A DNA stretch of 64,000 nt from Monocercomonoides exilis PA203 (Eukaryota; Protista; Preaxostyla). Location: NCBI GenBank assembly GCA_001643675.2, contig LSRY02000049.1, positions 496,001 through 560,000 on the forward strand, in the 5' to 3' direction. The stretch's first letter is position 1. Every line of letters begins with the position of its first letter. This document shows positions 38,747 to 50,700 of the stretch, piece by piece. Position numbers and translations under genes: made by a program. A model generated the notes under the pieces. It searched no databases, was not told the DNA's origin, and was given only the letters and a program-made list of their open reading frames with translations.

Positions 38747-38972
38747 AAAAACAATAATATTTAAATATTAACGAAAAGAAGTAGTAAATAAAAAGGCAAA
38801 CATTACAAAAATTCTGCATGCAACAAAATTCTCCACAAATCATTTTAATCGAAAAAAGCTTTTTTTCGCTTTTTTCATGATCAATTATGGTATTCTAAAT
38901 AACTCACACAAAAACATAAAAAGGCCATATATGCTTTTATAAATATTATAAACAACTTCCTTGCAATGTTTA

Positions 38973-41900
38973 TCATTCTTTCTGCTCGTTTTCGTTTTTG
39001 ATATCTGAATCATGAGATTCATCTTTTTGAGGTTGACCAATATTTTCATTTCCCAATCTTTCTAAGAAGTTAAAGAAACCTGCTGCTGATTGCAATCTTA
39101 AATCTGGTTCAGCATTTTGACTTTCTTCCTGTTGCGTGTTGTTATTAGCAACGATTTGACTGTTCAAAGCATCAACAGACCCTAATTCATCGTTTCCCTC
39201 AGATGACTCCATTCTAATTTCAGATTCATTTCTGGCTGAGACACCTTCATCCTGTCCAGTCTGTACTGTTTCATTTGCTTCTGTCATTGCAGAAGGAGGC
39301 TGCAAAAGCTGTTGTTGTTGTGGGTTCAAATCAGATTGCTTCGCTGGTGTGCCAGGCGGCGATGGATCGCTTGATAGGAAGGATGAGTCTGTAAGTTCGT
39401 CATTTTCGTTTGCAGTTGCAACTTCCTTCTCCCTTTCAGCTAGCACTTCAGCCACTTTCACTTCATTCTGCGCAGCTTTCTTCTCTTTCTTCACAGATGG
39501 ATGTTTGCGTTTGCTGTGACTGCTGCTGTTGCTATTGTTGTGCTTCGCTTTCTCGCTGTGTCTGTTTTGCAGGCTTGTCTTCATCGGCTTCAGTGGCTTG
39601 AAAACAGGTGGAGTGGGCAGAGTAAACTCAGGTGACTGGGTGAATGGCGAGGCGGTTGGAGACAAACTGGATGGAGACGGGAAGGAGGCGCTTCCAAAGG
39701 AGGATGGGAGGATGGATGGCTGGGAAGAGAAGGAAGAAAGAGTGGAAGGAGAGGAAGAAGGAGATGAAATGGGAGAAGCAGAGAAAGAAGAGGAAATTGC
39801 AGCAGTTGAAGAAGAAGACAAGGAAGAAGGAAGAGGAGGATGCGAAGTGGAAGGAAATGACGGAGATGAATAAAGCGTGCGTGAGTTGCTCAGGGGAGAT
39901 GGGGATGAAATGGTGAAGTGTGTGAGCGATGGAGAAACAGAACGGCTTGTTCCAACAAACACAATGTCATCTCCATCATCATCACCATCACCATCATCAT
40001 CATCATCAACGACAACATCCACACTCGCTTTATCTTCCCTCCCGTTCATTCCGAAGCTTTCGCTCATCCTCCGAGAATTCACAGCAACCTGCTGTGTAAT
40101 TCCAGATGCTGCTGTGTTGTTGTGTCTCAATGAAATATCATCATCAAAAAACGAAAGCTCCTGTGAAAATTGTGGCATGTCCTTCGCATTTTCAAACAAC
40201 CCAACTTCTAAAAGGTGCCTCTTACGCGGTTGCAACGCCCTGATTTCGTCGCTGTCGTCCTCATCATCAGCTGAATCATCGTCTGTTGCTGACATTCCTT
40301 CTTCCCCATTCTCATCTCCTCCAACAAGATTGGCTGCATTCTGTCCATTTCCTATCAACGCTTTTGGTCGGTGCAGTGTGTGATGATGTCTGTTCATTGC
40401 TTGTCTCATCTGTTTTTGGCTGGAGCTGAGTCGCTGATTCAGCTGCATGTTTTGCTTGAGACCAGCTTTTCCAAACGGAAAGCTTTCCAGCAAAGAGTTT
40501 CTCTCTTCTGCTCCTTCGCCATTCACTTCGAATGTTCCATCGCCTTCAGCTGTGATAAGTTGTGTGTCAGTTCTTTCTTTTATCTGCCCATTCACTCCGT
40601 CTTGCTCTCCTTCTTCATAAGCTGACGGCTCTAGTGAATCTGCTATATGTGTTCCATTTGCCGTCATTGGCATTCGCTTTTCAATGTTGCTATGTTCAGG
40701 CTGATTTGACTGATAAGAGTGATGATGATGCTGATGCTGGTGATGATGATGATGTCTGTGAAAGCCATTTTGCATTTGTTTAGTTTCAGTGTTTGTACTC
40801 TGTCCTTCATTAAACACGTTTTCTCCTTCTCCTTCTCCTTCTCCTTCTTCCTCTGCTTCTTCGCCTTCTTCGACAGTTATGGCGTTCTTTTCCGTCTTCC
40901 CCATCATCTGTAGTGGATGAATCTTCACAGACTCTTCCACAATCGGATGGGGCAACGACAAAGCCAGACGAACTTGGCGAGGAAGAAGCGAAAGACGAGA
41001 AGAAGAAGAGGAGGAGGAGGAGGAAGATGTTGAAGAATAGCCACTCGAAGATGCATTCAGGTGAAATGTTGGGTTGAGGAAGAAGTGTTTCAGATGGGAG
41101 AAGATGGTCACTGGCGGAGATTGGCTCTCAAATGAAGCAGTGAGCTCATCAAACAGCGCAGAAGAAGAAGAAGAAGAAGAAGAAGAGTTAGAAGAAGGTA
41201 GTGAAGTGGATGAAATGTTGGATGAAATGTCAGATGAAATGCGATGTGCTGATGAAATGGAAGAAGAAGAGGAGGAGGAAGAGGAGGATGACGATGATTG
41301 AGCAAAAGATGGAGAAGAAGGTGATTGTGAAGGTGAAGGTGACGGTGTAAGTGATGGCGATGAAGACGATAGAGTCAAAGGAGACGAAGAAGGGGAGAAA
41401 GCAGGAGTAAGATTAGAATAAGAAGGGGAATGAGCAGCAGACACAGAATGGGAAAGAAGATCTGTCAGTGACTTCTGAAAGGGTGTGGTGTCTGGAATGA
41501 ACTCTTTCTCAATCTCTCCTTCTGGCCCGTCGTCTCCCTCGTCGTTGGACTCGGTTTCAGACTCGCTTATTTCTGACAGGTTTTCTTCGCTCTCTTCGTC
41601 AATCTCAATCGCCTTCACTGCATTTTCTGGTTGGGATGCAGAAACTGTTGTTGAATTATGACTGGAAGAAGGCAAAGAAGTGGTTGTGGTTTTGTTTTCT
41701 TCTTCTTTCTGAGCATCGCTGCTTTCTTTTCCTTCTTTTCCATCTTTTCCTTCTGTGCTATTTTGCCCTTCCAAATCAGTTTTTGGTTCTTTCTGTTCTT
41801 TCGGTTCATTCTGCTCTTTCTTATCAGTTGTTTCATTTCCACTCTGTTTATCTGAACCCGCTGAATCTGCCTCGTTCTTCCTGACAAGCTGTGCAATTCT

Positions 41901-43904
41901 TTCGTCTTCCTCTTTTTTCTTCTGCAGCCTCGCCATCTCCTTCCTCACTCTTCTTGCAATTCTCCGCTTTCTGTACCTCTCCATCGACGACAGCGCAGCA
42001 ATCGAGTCCTTTTGCGTGACAGCCGCCTCCACGTCCTTCAGCGACGGCGCCTGATGCACCACAATCGTTGTGTTCACTGGATTTGATGCAGCAGATGCTG
42101 AAAGGCTGTCAGCTAAAGAAGAAGAAGAGTTTCCAGGTGAATGCGACGGGGTAGGATAAGCCGAGTGCAGAGCTGCTGCTGCTGCTGCTGCTTGTAGTGT
42201 TGGTGGTGGTGGTGGTGGCTGGTTGTGGGGATAAGGTGACACCAGCTGTCCAGAATAGGGAAACCTCTCAAAGTATTCGCCCAGCATCTCGTCGAGGTGT
42301 GCCTGGTATTGGCTGAGTGCAGCAGAGTCGAAGCGGATCTCCATTGCCGAGTTGCGCAGGATCGGCAGCTCAGCGCTCGGCAGGAACGGCACAAACCGCC
42401 CGACCGCTCTGTCGCCAAAGCCCGAGACACCAAAAGCAGCAGTTGCAGAAGAAGAAGAAGAGGAACTGGACACCCACCGAAACGCAGGCTGCCCGCCCAT
42501 CCCGTTTGCAAACGCCACATCGTAGCCTGCTCCCCGCTGCCCTCTTCCGCCTCCGCCTCTCCTTCCGCGTGCTCTGCCCCCGTAGTTCCCAGTGCCTCCT
42601 GCCCGGGAATTGTGCTGTGTGCCTCCGTCGTCCTTGCGTATCTCGACGAAAGGAGACCAGTAGCGCATCATCGAGTCGAAAGACTTGAGGTAGTGGCGAG
42701 GGCGTTTCAGGGCGAAGGCGGCGGCGTGGGAGAGCTCGCGGATGAAGATGAACACAAACGAAGACGGAATGGGCGAAGGTGGGTGGAATGCAAAAGGTGA
42801 AGCTTCTCTTTCTTCGCAGGAGATTTCAGCAGCAGCAGCAGCAGCAGCAGCTGTAGAAGAAGAAGAAGAAGAAGCGGATGCAAAGTTGGCCTCTGACGAA
42901 GAAGACGATGTGCCAGGCGCAGAAATAGAATCAGATGCGCTGCTTTGTGGAACCTGCTGTACAGTTTGAGACTTTTTAAATGGCTGTTGATGGAACTTTG
43001 CCATTGGAGATTTTGGCTCAGATTGATTCACATATGAAAATGATAAATCTTGTGAATCAAACGACGTGGAAGCAGATGATAGTATGTTTTTAATATGTCT
43101 TGCTGTATGAAGCGAATATAACCCATAACTAATTCCAATAAATATGTACAAAAGAAAATTTGAACGTAAAAAAAAGTGAATGAAAAAATACTTGTCAATG
43201 ACTCCAATAATCATATCAACGTGCATATCCACATTAGGCGTTTGAAGAATTACTTGAAGTTCTCTCTTAATCCAGGGTTTTGCCAATTCAAGAAGCGTTG
43301 AACGCAATTCAGAAAAATCTTTAAATAATTACGAAAGCATTGCAAAAAAATGTGTTAACTTTAAAGAATGCAAATGGTGATTGAAAAAAGTCATACTAAT
43401 CATTTGTAATGTTGTATCTGAAAATGTATCAACAATAAAAAGATTATGAACGTATATGTTTCTTCGATATTTTTGTATTGGAGTAAAAAACCCAGTTTTA
43501 TCTTTCATAACTCCACGCACCAGCGAAGTGGGTACGTTTAAATGTGTGGACTGCTGAGAAACAAGACGATTGTAAATCCTTTTTTGAGCAAGTTCATAGT
43601 TTTGTGGATCTAAATCTCGAAGAATGGTACTGTGATTCTGAGCATCTGTCAAATCAAAAACGCTACATGTATGAGTCAATGGATTAAAATCAAAAAAAAG
43701 TAAAGACATTGGAGCCCGGCAAATTGGGCACTTTTTCAAAGAATTATCAAGCTCTGAAGCTTGAACGATGCATGCAAGATCTAAAAGCAATATCAAATTT
43801 TTATACACAATAATGCGAATCACACCAAATACATGTAAGCAATTGCTTAGCATCGCAGGTTGAGTCATTTTTTCAAGACATATCGGGCATTTACTTGAAG
43901 ACAT
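38973..43904 (-). CDS. TOPORS: TOPORS-like RING E3 ubiquitin/SUMO ligase with very long low-complexity tail (~1580 aa); introns 43825-43781, 43396-43319, 43191-43129
   Basis: RING CPICLEK..SNCLHVF|DLAC..KCPICRAP; then YRRNIY, KPWIKRELQVIL and FIREL blocks in TOPORS order; SIM-like DDIVFVGT and VDVVVDDD. Confidence 0.72.
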
Positions 43905-44079
43905 AATTATTTCAATATATCTTGAGGGTTGATCTTAATATTGAAATGCTAAATAATTGCTTCCTTTTATTTATTTCTACTTGATGCTCTTTCATTTGAT
44001 TTCAAAAGTTTTTTTTAATGTCTAATAACTATTCAATATTTTTAAAATATGAAATTTTTAATTCTGTTTGATTTTGTTG

Positions 44080-45920
44080 TGGACAAAACAAGTGAAAGGG
44101 ACAAAACATGGGAATGACAAATTTATTAAGTTGTTTTTCAGCAATTGATTCCATTTTTTTATTTTCATAAATAAAGAATTAACTTAAATAATATTTTGTT
44201 TGAAAAACACTCTCAAACAATGTTTTTTAATAAGTTTTCTTGATTGTGGCATGAAATGAGCATTCAAAATTATGATCGAAAAGAAACATTCTCTGATATG
44301 AGACAGTGTGAAAATTATTCAACATACAGATATCGCATAAAAAACACCGGACATCGCACAAAATACCGGACAAGATCGATATTTCAATAACCGAAAGAAG
44401 AAAAATTTTGTTAATATTCCTCAAAATATATCTCATTGATACAAGCTCATTTGATATATAAAACTTTCAAAATAGCTTCATTTGCGCTCAGAAAAATTAT
44501 ACGTCGAAATCTCGGAGAAATTCAAAATCCTATTTTTCCGAAAATTTCAAAATTATTTTTTCTGAGCACAAATGAAGCTATTTTGAAGGTTTAGTATATC
44601 AAATGAGTTTGTATTGACGAGGTATGTTTCGAGGAAAAATAACAGAATTATTCCACTTGCAGTTATTGAGATATCGATCTTATCCGGTATTTTATGCGAT
44701 ATCTGTATTTAGAAAAAAATTCAAACTAATAATAAAAAACAAAATTGATAGAAAAGGAAAGATGCTTAAAGCTGAAATAAAATTTCTTTCCCCTATTTGT
44801 TTTTGAAATTTGTATTCGTTGGTAGTAATTCACATTATTTCTTTACAGCTCTTTTTTTTAATACACTATCTTCCATCGATAAAAATTTTCAAAATTACGA
44901 AGCCAAAAAGAAATATGATCTTTGAAGACTGTTTTTAAAAGCCGTTGCATCACTTTTCTGATTAAAGGGCCTCAGCAAACACTCCAAATACTAAAGTTGC
45001 CTTGGGCTGGAGTTGTTGCGAGTAAGTCATTGGTATTTTTTCTGATCAGTTTGTGTTTTGACGTAATTATCATTGGATTATCAAATACATATTCCAGTTT
45101 CATCATATTTTAACATCCGATCTGAACTGATTTTTTTGGTTCTTTTTTTGATTAACAAAAATGAAAACCATGTCGCAATCTTTGTTGAGGATGCGAAGAG
45201 CCTTTGAATGTCCATTGATTTCGGTTTTCATTCTTGAAAAGTGTAACTTCATTTTGTTAACCGTCTAGCTAATTTTTCATTGATTTCATTCCTTTCGCTG
45301 TTGTCATCTTCCTTTCGACTTTTTCGCTTCATCTCATTCTCGGTCTGATTTCATAATGTGAAAAAAGTTCAAAGATAATAATTTTATATTAGGCAAACAA
45401 TTCTTATGCAGTTTTTGAATGTTGTTTTTTTTTTTTGAAGAAAGAAATAGAGTCTTTGCACAGTCTTTTGTTTCTTCTTTTTTTTTCGATATTGAATTAA
45501 TATGGCTTTTCATTATGCTGTGGATCTTTTTCCTTCTTCAATGAAGAGATATGTCGATATAGCGCAGAAGATTGAAGAAAAACAGAAAAATAATTCTTTT
45601 GTGTAATATATCATATCTTGAAAGAAGAAAATTTTTTTTTCAACTATTGATTTCAACCGAAGAAACTTTGCTGTTGTGAAAACTTTTGAAAGTTCCGATG
45701 AAGAAGGAAAAGAAGACAAATTGCAAGGAAAAGCAAACATAATGGCTTTATGATCCTTATATTCTTTTAAATAAATTCTGAAATATCTAATTTTCAAAAA
45801 AGATAGCATCGAAAAATTGAAAAGCAATATGAAAGTGTTTGCTGTTTTCAATATTTATTTCATCAATTCACTTTTTCTTTTTTGAGTTTAACAATGGACA
45901 TTCCAGGGTTTTGTCCATGA
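44080..45920 (-). mobile_element. Heavily decayed second pogo-family element
   Basis: Minus-strand 45090-45230 reads KPKSMDIQRLFASSTKIATWFSFLLIKKRTKKISSDRMLKYDETGI (pogo WF...DETG block), later LLRPFNQKSDATAFKNSL. Imperfect inverted ends GGACAAAAC-3nt-GGAATG at ~44099 and ~45915. Confidence 0.55.
44324..44710. repeat. ~390 bp imperfect palindrome (fold-back / MITE-like)
   Basis: Left arm (ATACAGATATCGCATAAAA..CTCATTTGATATA..TTCAAAATAGCTTCATTTGCGCTCAGAAAAA) pairs with right arm (TTTTTCTGAGCACAAATGAAGCTATTTTGAA..TATATCAAATGAG..TTTTATGCGATATCTGTAT) around a centre near 44525. Confidence 0.85.
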
Positions 45921-46354
45921 CTATATTTAGAGAGACAGTTTCTGTTGTTTTTGAATTGTTGTTTATTTGTCAATTTTGTTATATTAACAATAACCATTTT
46001 ATCTCTTTAATATTCCACTGCAAAATACAGTTCTGGCAGATCCTTTCTGCAATCATTCTTTCGTTTAAGTTGAAAACAAAATAAATAAATAAATAAATAA
46101 TATAAATAAAAATAAAAAAAAATTAAAATAAAGTTCTCAACATAGTTAGTATCAAAAGAAATTTGTGTCCAAAACAGCATCATAATAAACTGTGAGTTTC
46201 AACCTTTCTGGTATTATCATAACTCCCGTTTGATCTTTTTCGAATCAAACAGAAAATAATCAAAAAATTTTGATGTTATGAATTGGAAAAAATTCGTTTA
46301 ATTCGATTTATCTAATCAGATTCTACTTAACAAGAATCTTGATCACTTTTTGTT

Positions 46355-46356
<2 letters not shown>

Positions 46357-46387
<31 letters not shown>
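46357..46387. repeat. Poly(T) tract, 31 nt
   Basis: Directly visible. Confidence 0.95.
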
Positions 46388-46388
<1 letters not shown>

Positions 46389-46740
46389 TTATCATTCGAT
46401 ATTCCATTGAAAAAGAATTTTTGATTATTTCAATCAAAACTGGAAAAAATCACAGAAAGTTTTGAACGACTTTTTGTGACTATCTCCAATTGCAATTATG
46501 ATCGAAGTGACTTTTCAAAAAAAAATATGAATTATTAAAATATAAAAAATAATTATTATGGGTTTTGCTTTTCATTTGTGGAAATTCTTCATTAAAATGT
46601 GTGATTCGAAAGTGATCAGAATTTTTATCAGGAAGACAAAACATGTGATACAGAAGAAAAAAAGATTTTGTGACATCTTTCAGTTATTGAAAATCCACAA
46701 AAGCATTTATTTTTCTAAAAAAATATTTATTTTTTCTGGT

Positions 46741-46756
46741 AATTATAATTATTATA

Positions 46757-46816
<60 letters not shown>

Positions 46817-46905
46817 ATTATTATAGTTATAATAATTATTATAGTTATTATAATAATTATTATTATTATAATTAACATAATTATTATAATTATTATAATT
46901 ATTAT
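46741..46905. repeat. (ATT)n/(AATTAT)n compound microsatellite
   Basis: Directly visible. Confidence 0.95.
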
Positions 46906-47771
46906 GATTATGGAATTCATGAAATAAGTCAATATCTATTTATTCATTTTTTTTTTTTTTTATTCTTCAAACTGAACTTTGTTTCACACACACACACAAA
47001 GAAAAAATAAATAAATAAAATTTCCCTACCAGACACTGACTCTATTGACAGTCACTGACTTCACTGACGATTCAATGGTCAAAAAATTCCAAATATTATT
47101 TTTTGTCAATATCCTTTTTGATAAACGTTTTTTTTTCCAACTTCACTAATTTGTATTGACATTAAATGATATTTGCATTTTAAAATTTCATATTAAAAAT
47201 TGAGGTTCTGACGTGAAAACTATATCTCAATCCGTCAGGAAACCAATTTTATTTGTTAATATTCACAAAGTTACACTATTTGATCTGTATTATTTGATCT
47301 GATCTCAATGAAAGTGTTGTTTTCAAATAAGTGGGGATTATTTTTGAGATCGTAACATTTTTTGGAATGGATATTTCAATTAGAATTCATTGTTATTTGT
47401 TTTGCAATTCCCATTCTCATATAAAATGTTTATCTCTCGTTTTAAAAGCAATTGTTTTACTTTTAAATATAGAGAAGGCGTCAAAAAATTGATCTTTCAC
47501 TTTCCAGGATTCATTTTTGAATGTTCATAAGAATTATTCAAAAAAATTTTTTTATCAGAAAAAATGTGATTTCAATAACTATCACCTATGTCAACAATAA
47601 TATAATTTAATATAATTAAAAATTATGATATAATGTATTGAATTGCATTATGTTAAATTCATCACTTATTTTGAAATAAAAATATGATTTAATTTATCTT
47701 TTATCAAAAAATATTATATAATGCAAACAGATCAAAAATTATATTTTTCGTAGAAGAAAGCAAATTAGCCA

Positions 47772-50700
47772 ATGATCACATTTTGCCTTGTTGTCCAAAT
47801 TGGCTTTGTCTTTTCGGAACAAACAAAACACCTCAACTTGTTTCTTTCTCAGAATGAAAATGGAAGTGATAGGGCATTTGGAATTGGAATGATGCAATCC
47901 CAAAATGGCAACAGACAATCCCCACTGTCTGAAGACAACCGTTCTCGCATCCAATCCAACATCTGCACTTTCCCTCCAAACACTCACCAGGTCATTTTTG
48001 AGTCAATCAATTCCACTCTCTGTTTGAGAGATGTTCAAGTTTCGGTGATTGAAAACGCACACATTGCCCAGCTTGATGAGCTCTCGATGTGTTCATTTTG
48101 TGCTTGTGTGATTGATGTTTTGCATTTGGATGTTCCTCTGTTCGATGTGAAGGGTGGGCTGCTGGAGATGAAGAACTGCTCGCTGCAGCCATTTGGCTTG
48201 GCACGTTGGCAGATGGGATCGCTGTGCTCGTGTGAAGAAGGAAGTTGCCTGTTTCTGGGTCGCACTTCATTTTCATCGTTTTGTGTGGCAGGCAGCAAGC
48301 CGCTGATTGGGTCGTGCAGATGCGAATGGGTGAGGCTTGACAACTGCCATTTCAGAAACATCACATGGGAAGGGTGGCGTGATGAGCAAGGGACAAGGAG
48401 AGAGGGTGGGGGCAAAAGCACAACTGCTTGTGGATGCAGTTTTGAAGAGGTGTGGAACCCGATCAATGGAGGCATTCTGGCAGACTTCAATGCTGGTGGC
48501 TCGACAAGTGTTTTCAACTCGACATTCTTCAGATGCAAACAGAAATACAGCGAAGGAAAAATGGAAAGGATCGAAGGTAATGACACAGTGAGCTTTGAAA
48601 ATGTCGAATGGAACTCAATACAAACAGATGGGAATGAAGGTGCAATATTTATAAATAAAGTCAATACAGTGTCAATTATTTCATGTTATTTTTATCAATG
48701 TTCTGGCAGCCATGGAGGTGGCACCTATATCACCTCCTGCAAGAATATCAAAATTGAAAACACAAATTTTGAAAAATGTGAAACAACACCTTATTTGGGT
48801 GGTGGACTTTTTATATATTTTTTGACCTCAAATTCAGTTCTTTCCATTTCAAAATGTTCATTTTCAAATTGTGAAGCAAGATCGTGCGGAGGAGGTATTT
48901 GTTTGTGTAAGTATATTCCAAATTCAGAAATTATTGACTGTCGCTTTGAAGCATGCACATCACAAAGTGGGGGAGGTGGATTGATGATTGGAGAAGACAT
49001 CAATGTGAAAATCAAAGAAACGTTATTTTGTGCTTGTTCCACAAAGACAAACATTGGAGGAGGAGGTTTGATCCTTCGAAATTATCAATATTCAATAACA
49101 TTCTGTTCAGCAAGTTTTGCATTTTGTTTCTTTGAGAGCAATTCAGGAAACAATGGGGATTTGAGTGTGAGAGGATGCGATGTGTATGGGTCACCAGATT
49201 GGAATGGGTTTGTGAAAGAGGGAGACTTCAGATACTGTGTGTCTGTGAGTGAGGGAGCAGTGAAGCTGTATCTGTCAGATCTGGGAGACAAGAGCAAGTG
49301 GCTGGAGCCGTGCCACAACCCGATTGTGGTGAGCAGCAGCACAGGGACAGACCATGTGACATGTGGGCATGAGAGGGATGAAGGGTCATATGCGAAGTGC
49401 AGGACAATAGGGTTCACGATTGGGGTGGTGAGAGGAGACGGCGAGACAGTGGGGAATGTGTCTGTCGAAGAAGGGGAGTATTATGAGGAGGGGATGAGGA
49501 TCGAAGGGAAGAGGCTGAGGATTGGGAGTGTGTCAGCAGAGAGGAAAGGAGTGGTGCACACGAGGGACTGCAGGGGGTGGCTGTTCTGGGTTGGGGATGG
49601 GTGGCTGGGGCTGCTGGATCTGGCGATTGTGCATGATGGGGCAGAGGGGTCGAGCAGTGGAGTGTGCTGTGTGAGCGGGGCCAGTGGGCAGCTGGAAGTG
49701 AGTGGATGCGAGATCAGTGGGGGTGTGGCAGGAAGAGTGGCGAAGGAGTGTGTGATGGAGATCTCGGAAGGGGAGGCGGTGCTGAGGAACAGCTCGATGA
49801 GAGATCTGCAGATGGACGGGAAATGCGCAGTGTGGGTGAACCGTGCGAGGCAGATGAGGATGGAGGAGGTGAACATGACGTCGATGGGGAGGGTGTCAGG
49901 GAGCGGGGCGGTGGTGGAAGGGGTGCTGTCTGGGGGTGGGGAGATGGGTGTGTCGGGGGTTGTGGTGGAAGACTGCAGCGCCATGTGTGGGAATGGAGGC
50001 TGGATGAGTGTGGAGGTGGAGGAAGGGAGCAGACTTGTGGTTGGGGAGGGAGAAGCACCAACAAGGCTGACCAGATGCCGAGCAGAGAGAGGGGATGGGA
50101 GTGAGTGCGCAAACACTGGCACAGATGCAGGCACAGGGCGAGGAGGAGGGATCCACATGTGTGTGGCAGGCGTGAAGGCAGAATATGGGTTCAAGAATGT
50201 GGAGTTTGTGGGGAATGAAGCAGCACATGGAAAGGATGTGTTTGTGGTGTCGCCGTTGCTGGGGGAGTGTGTGATGCGAGAGCGATTTGGATTCTTCAGT
50301 GTGGCGAATCCGTTTGGAGAGGAGTGTGCAGAAGGGGTTGACACGAGGTGGGGGTCGGTGGTGATCCCGCTGGTGTATTATCTGAAGGAGCGAGAGGGGA
50401 AGGTGAGTGTGGGGAACAATGGGCATGATGTGCCGGCGTGTGGGTTTTACGAGTATGAGTGCCTGAGTGTGGGATACTCGAAGAGGCAGGCGAAGAGCAG
50501 GTGGGATGTGAGGGTGAAAGGGCGATACGACTTTGTTGAGAGCGTGAGGGTTGCGCCAGGGGAGGAGCTGATGATTGGGGGAGTGGATGGTGAGGAGTGT
50601 GGGATGGTGATGAAAGGGGACGGGAGCGGGGACAATGGGATGGTTGAAGTGAGTGGGACAGGAGTGGTGGCGATGGTGGAGCTGGTGATGGAAGAGGGGC

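Noticed and set aside
46558-46932. Poly-Tyr and poly-Ile ORFs
   Set aside because: Translation of the (ATT)n microsatellite
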